From the NCBI GenBank assembly GCA_964016885.1, contig OZ024754.1, positions 31,744,001 to 31,808,000 on the forward strand: a stretch of DNA of 64,000 nucleotides, given 5' to 3'. This DNA is from Eledone cirrhosa (Eukaryota). A program made the translations under genes and the position numbers. This document shows, piece by piece, positions 29,126 through 41,400 of the stretch. Position 1 is the first letter of the stretch. Each line of letters opens with the position of its first letter. Below the pieces are notes generated by a model that saw only the letters and a program-made list of their open reading frames with translations, was not told the origin of the DNA and ran no database searches.

Positions 29126-29414
29126 ATAAACTTGTTATAATGTCATAATAGTTCCTTTGTTCTTTTTCACTAATATTTCTGCTCTGCTTACACGCATAGA
29201 GCTTAACTAGCTACCGTCACAAATTTGGTAGGTCAGACGTGATCATCGCGATTCACATACGACCTACCATACATCTTGCTTATATATAATATATATATAT
29301 ATATGTATATATATAATATATATATATATATATTCGGTCTGTTACAGAAACATATGTCAATACCTAATAAATTCCTTTTTTAACAAAAGCACTTTCATTT
29401 TATATTCATCCTTT

Positions 29415-30366
<952 letters not shown>

Positions 30367-30480
30367 AGAAAATGCGTTTTTTTTAATGAAAAAAAAACTA
30401 GATAACCTACACGAGTGGAAGTATAAGGAATAGGAATCGAAAATGCAACTAGAGTCTTTTTAAGAATATTTATTTGTTTC

Positions 30481-30524
30481 CTTTACCGGTTTCACAGTTC
30501 TTGTGTTCTTGTGCTTTTCAAAAG
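30481..30524 (-). ncRNA. Minimal type I hammerhead, U3-A8 variant
   Basis: Minus strand ctt-TTGAAAA-gca caagaacacaagaac tgt-GAAA-ccgg-TA-aag; palindromic stem III ACCGGT; stems I and II only 3 bp. Confidence 0.55.
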
Positions 30525-31082
30525 TAGAATTGAGATGGAGGGTTTGTGGTTTTTCTCGCATCTGGTTGGTGTTCGAATATTACTTCTGTTTTATATGGAA
30601 AAAAGTGGCTCGAATTGCTAGGTTTAAAAAAAAAAAATTTGTTGGTTTATGACTGTCACGTGAATAAGTATAATAAATTTCGCGCCAGTTCCCGTTACAT
30701 AGTTCTTATTGTATTTGCCTTTAAAATTGTGTCTCAGATTGTTGTTTTTATATAAAAAACAACAAAAATTTGAGCCACATATTTAATTAATTAAGCCGCT
30801 ATTTTGTTATAATAAATGATACTAACTACGTAAAGCCTCAGGCTTTACGTTCTACCACTCCAGCACCACACCTTACTACCAGCAAACGTAAATACCAACA
30901 ATGAACTAGAAAAAGGGTATTAAATAAATAACAGATTAAAAAATGAATTGAAAATATAAAAACTTATATATATATATATAAGTATTGAAATTTCCGTTGG
31001 AAACAGAAAAGGTCATAGAAATGAAGAGTGCTCTATGTAAGTATCAGAGCAAAATTTAATGTATAAAAATCAATACAATATA

Positions 31083-31160
31083 ATTACCTCATTACCAGAG
31101 GTTTCCCGAATGAGGCGAATACGAAATAAATGACTTCATTCGTTCGTCAGACGAGGCAAT
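31083..31160 (-). ncRNA. Type I hammerhead motif
   Basis: Minus strand attgcctcgt-CTGACGA-a cgaatga...tcattcg g-GAAA-cc tct gg-TA-atgaggtaat: 10-bp stem I, 7-bp stem II with A-G closing mismatch, GUA site. Confidence 0.72.
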
Positions 31161-31782
31161 ATAAAACATGGGTAAATACTTAGAAAAACTCATCAAGAAA
31201 ATCAAAAAAAGATATAGACAAATGAAATAGAAATTGAAATATATAAAAATCTATCAAGAAATATAGTTAGGTGTGTATATATGTATGTATATACGCTCAC
31301 AGATGTGCATATATGTATATGCACACATGTATACGTATAGTGAGAAAGTGTGCGTAATTCTAAAATTTAGGGCAAATGTATCTATATGTCTGTAATCTAC
31401 AGACAGAATAGTTACATCATAAATATATGAATATGAAGGCGCGCGCATAAAACGCCTGCACACTCGTACACTTAGATGCGGAAAGAAAGGAGGTAAGGGA
31501 GTGTAATAATTAAAAGAAAAGTATCAGTCTCGATATATTTATAAAAATATAATAACGATAAATTAGAAAGAAAAAATATTTTTAGAAAGAAAAAAATTAT
31601 ATATATATATATATAATATATAAGATCAAAAGATGGTTAAATGAGTTCCATGTATTTTATTATGCGCATTTCAAAAACAAATATCATCATGCAATAACAT
31701 TTGTGTTTTCATCAGATAAAATAGGACATGATATGAAGGTTAAAAATACTCGTGGATAGTGCAGTTTTAAATCAACGTAGTA

Positions 31783-32149
<367 letters not shown>

Positions 32150-32344
32150 CATGTTACCTAAGATTTCAAGGCCCATTCTAACATACACCTTAGATACCTT
32201 TGTTAGAGTAGGCTTTGAAACCTCAGGTAGCATGAGCTGTGTTAAGAATTTATATATATATGTATATATATGATAAAGGTTCTAAAAGATTTCAGTATTT
32301 TATTTATAAAATATTAATCATACAAAAGTTTATTTTATTTTATT

Positions 32345-33877
32345 TTAATCGGTTTTCGTTTTTTTCACACAACAACATCGATAACATTTCCGAATGAAAT
32401 ATACCATCAGATGTAGAAAAATGAGAATCACAACCAGAAACACACCATATATATCTAGCATAAGAAATTGGTAAAGAGGCATAGCTTGACAGTGAGACCT
32501 TAAATAGTCTCCGCCATATTTTATCACGTGATCTATATTCCGTGCACCTTTTGCTGCTGGGTGTTCTGGGCGAGAGCGATATATTTCACTGGCTCGTTTA
32601 ATGTTATTTTTATATTTTGGATTCTCAATCAGTTCATTGATGGTTGAGACAAGTTCATCTTTACTGTAACTATTCATATCCATGGAAATTCCGTATCCCT
32701 TTATTTGTATACGATGTCCATTGTGAATCTGATCTCCAAACACTGGAAATCCTAGCATTGGTACTCCGTGGTAGACAGCCTCAAACTGACCGTTGTTGCC
32801 ACAATGTGTAATAAAAAGTAGTGTTTTGGGATGACCCAAAAGATCATTTTGTGGAAGCCATTGTGTTACGTAGATGTTTGAAGGTAAGGACTTCGTTGGT
32901 GTTCGTTTCCAAATCACATCGTAATTTACTTGTCCGAAAGCCAACTCCATCTTTTTGATATGCTCTTTCGGTAATTTACTGATGATACTTCCGAAAGAAA
33001 CCACGATAATTCCACGATTAGATTTCTCAACAAATTTACTGATTTCACCTTCCAATGGTGATGGTGGTCGTGTTGCTACTCCACCGATATATACGACATT
33101 GGGAAGAGAAGGTAATGGATATTCTGTTAATAAATCCATCTCTAAAAGATATAAATCAGCTTGATTCATTAACTTATCAAAACTTATGTCAGCTTTTTCT
33201 GGAGCATAAGTTTTAATACTTTTCGAAGGCTTTCCCATGAGTGGTCGAAAATACGAAGTCATCGTCATGACATTGTTAATTATTCTTTCATAGAAATTCA
33301 TTTTATCCGAATAAGGCATTATTATGTGGGGAAAAGCTGATGCAACCCAGGGTGTGCGACTGGTAGCAAAATGCTCGGGATTAATTCCTTGGAACACATA
33401 TGGAATAGATAATCTGTATGGTATAATAGCCAAGCAGTTACTCATAAAAACATAATCAACCACAGCAATTGTGGCATTAATAGCTTTCAGAGACTGAAAC
33501 CAATTTTCATCAAGTAAGAAGCTATCACAAACATCTTTAAGACTTTGCGCCATCATACTCCAAGTTACAGTCGTATTCTTTTGAAATTGTTCAACAGCTA
33601 ATTCCTCAAATCTGATAATATGAGGATTATGTTTCATGGGCATAACTTTCACTCCCTCGTACGACCTGAAAGTTTTGGCCAGTTTATCAGTCATGGGGAA
33701 GTAACTCGTGTGAGAATATATGTCCAATTCTTTAGCTACATAACACATACTTTGCACGTGACTATATATCGGCCATGACAGAAAAAGTACGTTGTCAGCT
33801 TTGGCAATTTTATTGGCATTCATTAAAACCAGGCATAATATGCTGCAATATGTAATTTTCCACGGCACGGCAATCAT
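32345..33877 (-). CDS. UDP-glucuronosyl/glycosyltransferase (GT1, animal ER type), 510 aa from ATG 33877, single coding exon
   Basis: Signal-peptide-like N-terminus, catalytic SH (IYSHVQS), VVD, VVSFGS, signature WLPQNDLLGHPKTLLFITHCGNNGQFEAVYHGVPMLGFPVFGDQ, TM helix, C-terminal KKTKTD. The track start at 33898 is a TTG. Confidence 0.96.
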   Translation of the reverse strand: MIAVPWKITYCSILCLVLMNANKIAKADNVLFLSWPIYSHVQSMCYVAKELDIYSHTSYFPMTDKLAKTFRSYEGVKVMPMKHNPHIIRFEELAVEQFQKNTTVTWSMMAQSLKDVCDSFLLDENWFQSLKAINATIAVVDYVFMSNCLAIIPYRLSIPYVFQGINPEHFATSRTPWVASAFPHIIMPYSDKMNFYERIINNVMTMTSYFRPLMGKPSKSIKTYAPEKADISFDKLMNQADLYLLEMDLLTEYPLPSLPNVVYIGGVATRPPSPLEGEISKFVEKSNRGIIVVSFGSIISKLPKEHIKKMELAFGQVNYDVIWKRTPTKSLPSNIYVTQWLPQNDLLGHPKTLLFITHCGNNGQFEAVYHGVPMLGFPVFGDQIHNGHRIQIKGYGISMDMNSYSKDELVSTINELIENPKYKNNIKRASEIYRSRPEHPAAKGARNIDHVIKYGGDYLRSHCQAMPLYQFLMLDIYGVFLVVILIFLHLMVYFIRKCYRCCCVKKTKTD

Positions 33878-33902
33878 TTTGAAGAAGAATCTTTTCAAAT
33901 GC

Positions 33903-33920
33903 CTGTAAACAGGAAGAAAG
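33903..33920 (-). promoter_or_regulatory. Putative splice acceptor of a 5' UTR intron
   Basis: Minus strand CTTTCTTCCTGTTTACAG/G, 25 nt before the ATG; same at 49013-49030. Confidence 0.7.
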
Positions 33921-33943
33921 TTGTATTAGCAGAAGCAGTTGGA

Positions 33944-33976
33944 GTAGTATTAGTAGTAGTCTAATTATTACGAGAT

Positions 33977-34031
<55 letters not shown>

Positions 34032-34047
34032 CTAATTATTAAGAGAT

Positions 34048-34131
<84 letters not shown>

Positions 34132-34332
34132 CAGTAGCAGTGGTGGTTGTAGTAGTAGTAGTAGTGGTATTAGTAATAGTAGTAGTAGTAGTAGTAGTGG
34201 TAGTAGTAAAGCAGTAGTAATAGTCTTAGCAGCAGAAGTAGTACCAGTAACGTACGGTGTAGATTTAATCCTCTTTCACCTCCTCTCAAATTACTGGCCT
34301 TGTGCCAAAATCATTAACCATTATTATTATTA
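33944..34332 (+). repeat. (AGT)n tract followed by SINE 3' tail
   Basis: AGTAGT..., then GTACCAGTA...AATTACTGGCCTTGTGCCAAAA...(ATT)n; shorter counterpart at 49054-49345. Confidence 0.8.
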
Positions 34333-34389
34333 TGAATAAACATAGTTATCTCTGATCAAGACGAAGCGAGAGTGCATTAGAATTCTTAG

Positions 34390-37300
34390 AAACTCATCAC
34401 CAGAACAGCTGTTAAAATAGCCAAATGTTTTCATTGACAGTGATGGGCAAAAATGCCTCAGAATATAGAGATGATCGACCAGTGGTCGGTCGAGAGAGAT
34501 GAGGTGACAGGCTGATGATATATAGAGATGATCGACCAGTGGTCGGTCGAGAGAGATGAGATGACAGGCTGATGAAATATAAAGATGATCGGCCAGTGGT
34601 CGGTCGAGAGAGATGAGGTGACAGGCTGATGATATATAGAGATGATCGGCCAGTGGTCGGTCGAGAGATATGAGATGACAGGCTGATGAAATATAGATAT
34701 CATCGGCCAGTGGTCGGTCGAGAGAGATGAGGTGACAGGCTGATGATATATAGAGATGATCGGCCAGTGGTCGGTCGAGAGAGATGAGGTGACAGGCTGA
34801 TGATATATAGAGATGATCGACCAGTGGTCGGTCGAGAGAGATGAGATGACAGGCTGATGATATATAAAGATGATCGACCAGTGGTCGGTCGAGAGAGATG
34901 AGATGACAGGCTGATGAAATATAGAGATGATCGGCCAGTGGTCGGTCGAGAGAGATGAGGTGACAGGCTGATGAAATATAGAGATGATCGACCAGTGGTC
35001 GGTCGAGAGAGACGAGGTGACAGGCTGATGAAATATAGAGATGATCGGCCAGTGGTCGGTCGAGAGAGATGAGGTGACAGGCTGATGAAATATAGAGATG
35101 ATCGACCAGTGGTCGGTCGAGAGAGATGAGGTGACAGGCTGATGAAATATAGAGATGATCGACCAGTGGTCGGTCGAGAGAGATGAGGTGACAGGCTGAT
35201 GAAATATAGAGATGATCGGCCAGTGGTCGGTCGAGAGAGATGAGGTGACAGGCTGATGAAATATAGAGATGATCGACCAGTGGTCGGTCGAGAGAGATGA
35301 GATGACAGGCTGATGATATATAAAGATGATCGACCAGTGGTCGGTCGAGAGAGATGAGATGACAGGCTGATGAGATATAGAGATGATCGGCCAGTGGTCG
35401 GTCGAGAGAGATGAGGTGACAGGCTGATGATATATAGAGATGATCGGCCAGTGGTCGGTCGAGAGAGATGAGATGACAGGCTGATGAAATATAGATATCA
35501 TCGGCCAGTGGTCGGTCGAGAGAGATGAGGTGACAGGCTGATGAAATATAGAGATGATCGGCCAGTGGTCGGTCGAGAGAGATGAGGTGACAGGCTGATG
35601 AAATATAGAGATGATCGGCCAGTGGTCGGTCGAGAGAGATGAGATGACAGGCTGATGAAATATAGAGATGATCGGCCAGTGGTCGGTCGAGAGAGATGAG
35701 ATGACAGGCTGATGAAATATAGAGATGATCGGCCAGTGGTCGGTCGAGAGAGATGAGGTGACAGGCTGATGAAATATAGAGATGATCGGCCAGTGGTCGG
35801 TCGAGAGAGATGAGGTGACAGGCTGATGAAATATAGAGATGATCGGCCAGTGGTCGGTCGAGAGAGATGAGATGACAGGCTGATGAAATATAGAGATGAT
35901 CGGCCAGTGGTCGGTCGAGAGAGATGAGATGACAGGCTGATGATATATAGAGATGATCGGCCAGTGGTCGGTCGAGAGAGATGAGGTGACAGGCTGATGA
36001 AATATAGAGATGATCGGCCAGTGGTCGGTCGAGAGATATGAGGTGACAGGCTGATGAGATATAGAGATGATCGGCCAGTGGTCGGTCGAGAGAGATGAGA
36101 TGACAGGCTGATGAAATATAGAGATGATCGGCCAGTGGTCGGTCGAGAGAGATGAGGTGACAGGCTGATGAAATATAGAGATGATCGGCCAGTGGTCGGT
36201 CGAGAGAGATGAGGTGACAGGCTGATGAAATATAGAGATGATCGGCCAGTGGTCGGTCGAGAGAGATGAGATGACAGGCTGATGAAATATAGAGATGATC
36301 GGCCAGTGGTCGGTCGAGAGAGATGAGATGACAGGCTGATGAGATATAAAGATGATCGGCCAGTGGTCGGTCGAGAGAGATGAGGTGACAGGCTGATGAA
36401 ATATAAAGATGATTGGCCAGTGGTCGGTCGAGAGAGATGAGGTGACAGGCTGATGAAATATAGAGATGATCGGCCAGTGGTCGGTCGAGAGAGATGAGGT
36501 GACAGGCTGATGAAATATAGATATCATCGGCCAGTGGTCGGTCGAGAGAGATGAGGTGACAGGCTGATGAAATATAGAGATGATCGGCCAGTGGTCGGTC
36601 GAGAGAGATGAGGTGACAGGCTGATGAAATATAAAGATGATTGGCCAGTGGTCGGTCGAGAGAGATGAGGTGACAGGCTGATGAAATATAGAGATGATCG
36701 ACCAGTGGTCGGTCGAGAGAGATGAGGTGACAGGCTGATGAAATATAGAGATGATCGGCCAGTGGTCGGTCGAGAGAGATGAGGTGACAGGCTGATGAAA
36801 TATAAAGATGATTGGCCAGTGGTCGGTCGAGAGAGATGAGGTGACAGGCTGATGAAATATAGAGATGATCGACCAGTGGTCGGTCGAGAGAGATGAGATG
36901 ACAGGCTGATGAAATATAGAGATGATCGACCAGTGGTCGGTCGAGAGAGATGAGGTGACAGGCTGATGAAATATAGAGATGATCGGCCAGTGGTCGGTCG
37001 AGAGAGATGAGATGACAGGCTGATGATATATAAAGATGATCGGGCAGTGGTCGGTCGAGAGAGATGAGGTGACAGGCTGATGAAATATAGAGATGATCGA
37101 CCAGTGGTCGGTCGAGAGAGATGAGATGACAGGCTGATGAAATATAGAGATGATCGGCCAGTGGTCGGTCGAGAGAGATGAGGTGACAGGCTGATGAAAT
37201 ATAGAGATGATCGACCAGTGGTCGGTCGAGAGAGATGAGATGACAGGCTGATGAAATATAGAGATGATCGACCAGTGGTCGGTCGAGAGAGATGAGATGA

Positions 37301-37918
37301 CAGGCTGATGAAATATAGAGATGATCGGCCAGTGGTCGGTCGAGAGAGATGAGATGACAGGCTGATGAAATATAGAGATCATCGGCCAGTGGTCGGTCGA
37401 GAGATCTGAGGTGACAGGCTGATGAAATATAGAGATGATCGGCCAGTGGTCGGTCGAGAGAGATGAGATGACAGGCTGATGAAATATAGAGATGATCGGC
37501 CAGTGGTCGGTCGAGAGAGAGGAGGTGACAGGCTGATGAAATATAGATATCATCGGCCAGTGGTCGGTCGAGAGAGATGAGGTGACAGGCTGATGAAATA
37601 TAGATATCATCGGCCAGTGGTCGGTCGAGAGAGATGAGGTGACAAGCTGATGAAATATAGATATCATCGGCCAGTGGTCGGTCGAGAGAGATGAGGTGAC
37701 AGGCTGATGAAATATAGATATCATCGGCCAGTGGTCGGTCGAGAGAGATGAGATGACAGGCTGATGAAATATAGAGATGATTGAGAGAGGAGAACCAGAA
37801 GTCTGTTGGCGCATAGATGTGACTGGAAGAAGGAAATAAAGATCTAGAAGACAAATTCACACACACACTCACACCCACACACACACGCGTGCAGAGGCAC
37901 ACACACACACACACACAC

Positions 37919-37958
<40 letters not shown>

Positions 37959-38027
37959 GCGCGCACACGCACACACACGCGCACACACACACACGCACAC
38001 ACACACGCACACACACACGCACACACA

Positions 38028-38114
<87 letters not shown>

Positions 38115-38381
38115 CTTCACCCTCATCAACTCTCAAACCAACAAAATGGTTTCATACGATTTAATTGTTTCTTCTTTCAGTCACTTCTCTGCGCCAACAC
38201 ACGCCCCTTATCTTCCTCCTCCTCCTCTCTCAATCTTTTCTATATTTCCTCTGTCTGTCACCCATCTCGTGGATTGTCTCTCTGCTGATCACTGACCACT
38301 GGTCTCTGTCCTCTGAGGCATTTTTGCCCATCACTTTCATTGACAGCTTGGCGGTTTTAACAGCTCCTCTAGCGGGAGTTT
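34390..38381. mobile_element. Putative foldback/MITE-like element: imperfect ~72-bp terminal inverted repeats enclosing the 57-bp array
   Basis: Left AGCTGTTAAAATAGCCAA..TGACAGTGATGGGCAAAAATGCCTCAGA (34390-34462); right TCTGAGGCATTTTTGCCCATCACTTTCA..TTGGCGGTTTTAACAGCT (38312-38381). No TSD identified. Confidence 0.55.
34463..37781 (+). repeat. 57-bp minisatellite, ~58 units
   Basis: ATATAGAGATGATCGGCCAGTGGTCGGTCGAGAGAGATGAGGTGACAGGCTGATGAA. Confidence 0.98.
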
Positions 38382-38453
38382 TTTTCATTTTTCTATGAAT
38401 ATTATAATTGTTGTTATTTTAGTCTTCGTTTTACATCTTACTCTGATACAAAA

Positions 38454-41400
38454 ACCCACACTGTACTGTCATGTACCACCCATCATGTACCGTAATGTAC
38501 CACCCACACTGTACCGTAATGTACCACCCACACTGTACTGTCATGTACCACCCACACTGTACCGTCATGTACCACCCACACTGTACCGTCATGTACCACC
38601 CACACTGTACTGTCATGTACCACCCATCATGTACCGTAATGTACCACCCACACTGTACTGTCATGTACCACCCATCATGTACCGTCATGTACCACCCACA
38701 CTGTACTGTCATGTACCACCCATCATGTATCGTCATGTACCACCCATCATGTACCGTCATCTACCACCCACACTGTACCGTCATGTACCACCCACACTGT
38801 ACCGTCATGTACCACCCATCATGTACCGTCATGTACCAACCACACTGTACTGTCATGTACCACCCACACTGTACTGTCATGTACCACCCACACTGTACTG
38901 ACATGTACCATCCACACTGTACTGTCATGTACCACCCACACTGTACTGTCATGTACCACCCACACTGTACCGTCATGCACCACCCACACTGTACCGTCAT
39001 CTACCATCCACACTGTACTGTCATCTACCACCCACACTGTACTGTCATTTACCACCCATCATGTACCGTCATGTACCATCCACACTGTACTGTCATGTAC
39101 CACCCACACTGTACCGTCATGTACCACCCACACTGTACCTTCATGTACCATCCACACTGTACTGTCATGTACCACCCACACTGTACCGTGGGTTACCAAT
39201 CACACTGTACTGTCATGTACCACCCACACTGTACCGTCATGTACCACCCACACTGTACTGTCATGTACCAATCACACTGTACTGTCATGGACCATTCACA
39301 CTGTACCGTCATGTACCATCCACACTGTACTGTCATGTACCATTCACACTGTACCGTCATGTACCATCCACACTGTACAGTCATGTACCACCCACACTGT
39401 ACCGTCATGTACCACCCACACTGTACTGTGGCTTACCAATAACACTGTACTGTCATGTACCACCCACACTGTACCGTCATGCACCACCCACACTGTACCG
39501 TCATGTACCACCCACACTGTACCTTCATGTACCATCCACACTGTACTGTCATGTACCACCCACACTGTACCGTCATGTACCATCCACACCGTACTGTGGG
39601 TTACCAATCACACTGTACCGCCATGTACCATCCACACTGTACCGTCATGTACCACCCACACTGTACCGTCATGTACCACCCACACTGTACTGAGGGTTAC
39701 CAATCACACTGTACCGTCATGTACCATCCACACTGTACCGTCATGTACCACCCACACTGTACCGTCATGTACCACCCACACTGTACCTTCATGTACCATC
39801 CACACTGTACTGTCATGTACCATCTACACTGTACTCTCATGTACCACCCACACTGTACTGTCATGCACCACCCACACTGTACCGTCATGTACCACCCACA
39901 CTGTACCTTCATGTACCATCCACACTGTACCGTCATGTACCACCCACACTGTACTGTCATTTATCACTCACACTGTACCGTCATGTACCATCCACACTGT
40001 ACCGTCATGTACCACCCACACTGTACTGTCATGTACCACCCACACTGTACCGTCATGTACCACCCATCATGTACCGTCATGTACCAACCACACTGTCCTA
40101 TCATGTACCACAAACACTGTACCGTCATGTACCACCCATCATGTACCGGCATGTAACATCCTCACTGTACCGTCATGTACCACCCACACTGTACTGTCAT
40201 GTACCATCCACACTGTACTGTAATGTCCCATCCACACTGTACCGTCATGTACCGTCCACACTGTACCGTCATGTACCACTCAGACTGTACTGTCATGTAC
40301 CACCCATCATGTACCTTCATGTACCATCCACACTGTACCGTCATGTACCACCCATCATGTACCGTCATGTACCATCCACACTGTTCTGTCATGTACCATC
40401 CACACTGTACCGTCATGTACCACCCACATTGTACCGTCATGTACTACCCACACTGTACTGTCATGTACCACCCACACTGTACTGTCATCTACCACCCACA
40501 CTGTGCTGTCATGTACCACCCATCATGTACCGTCATGTACCACCCACACTGTACCGTCATGTACCACCCATCATGTACCGTCATGTACCATCCACACTGT
40601 TCTGTCATGTACCATCCTCACTGTACTGTCATGTACCATCCATATTGTACTGTCATCTACCACCCACACTGTACCGTCATCTACCACCCACACTGTACTG
40701 TCATGTACCACCCCACTGTACCGTCATGTACCACCCCACTGTACCGTCATGTACCATCCACACTGTACCGTATGTACCACCCACACTGTACTGTCATGTA
40801 CCACCCACACTGTACCGTCATGTACCATCCATACTGTGCCGTCATGTACCACCCACACTGTACTGTCATGTACCATCCATACTGTACCGTCATGTACCAC
40901 CCACACTGTACTGTCATGTACCATCCATACTGTACTGTCATCTACCACCCACACTGTACCGTCATGTACCACCCACACTGTACTGTCATGTACCACCACA
41001 CTGTACCGTCATGCACCACCCCACTGTACCGTCATGTACCATCCAAACTGTACCGTATGTACCACCCACACTGTACCGTCATGTGCCATCCACACTGTAC
41101 TGTCATGTACCACCCACACTGTACCGTCATGTACCATTCACACTGTACCGTCATGTACCATCCAGACTGTACCGTCATGTCCCACCCACACTGTACTGTC
41201 ATGTACCACCCACACTGTACCGACATGTACCATTCACACTGTACCGTCATGTACCATCCAGACTGTACCGTCATGTACCACCCACACTGTACTGTCATGT
41301 ACCACCCACACTTTACCGTCATGTACCATTCACACTCTACTGTCATGTACCACCCACACTGCACCGTCATGTACCATTCACACTGTATCCTCATGTACCA

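Noticed and set aside
30546-30960. Possible decayed PLE C-terminus on the minus strand upstream of the 30481 hammerhead
   Set aside because: Only weak similarity (EIYY versus EIFF) with stops; needs an HMM search.
32345-33877. Bacterial horizontal origin of the intronless UGT
   Set aside because: Signal peptide, C-terminal TM helix and dilysine tail are animal ER-UGT features.
33878-33898. ORF-track N-terminal extension MKRFFFK of the UGT
   Set aside because: Starts at TTG just after a splice acceptor; ATG 33877 gives a normal signal-peptide-like start.
34463-37781. 57-bp unit as a hammerhead satellite (contains CTGATGA and a hairpin)
   Set aside because: The hairpin is followed by GAGA rather than GAAA, sits ~11 nt from the core, and there is no stem I partner or stem III/UH site.
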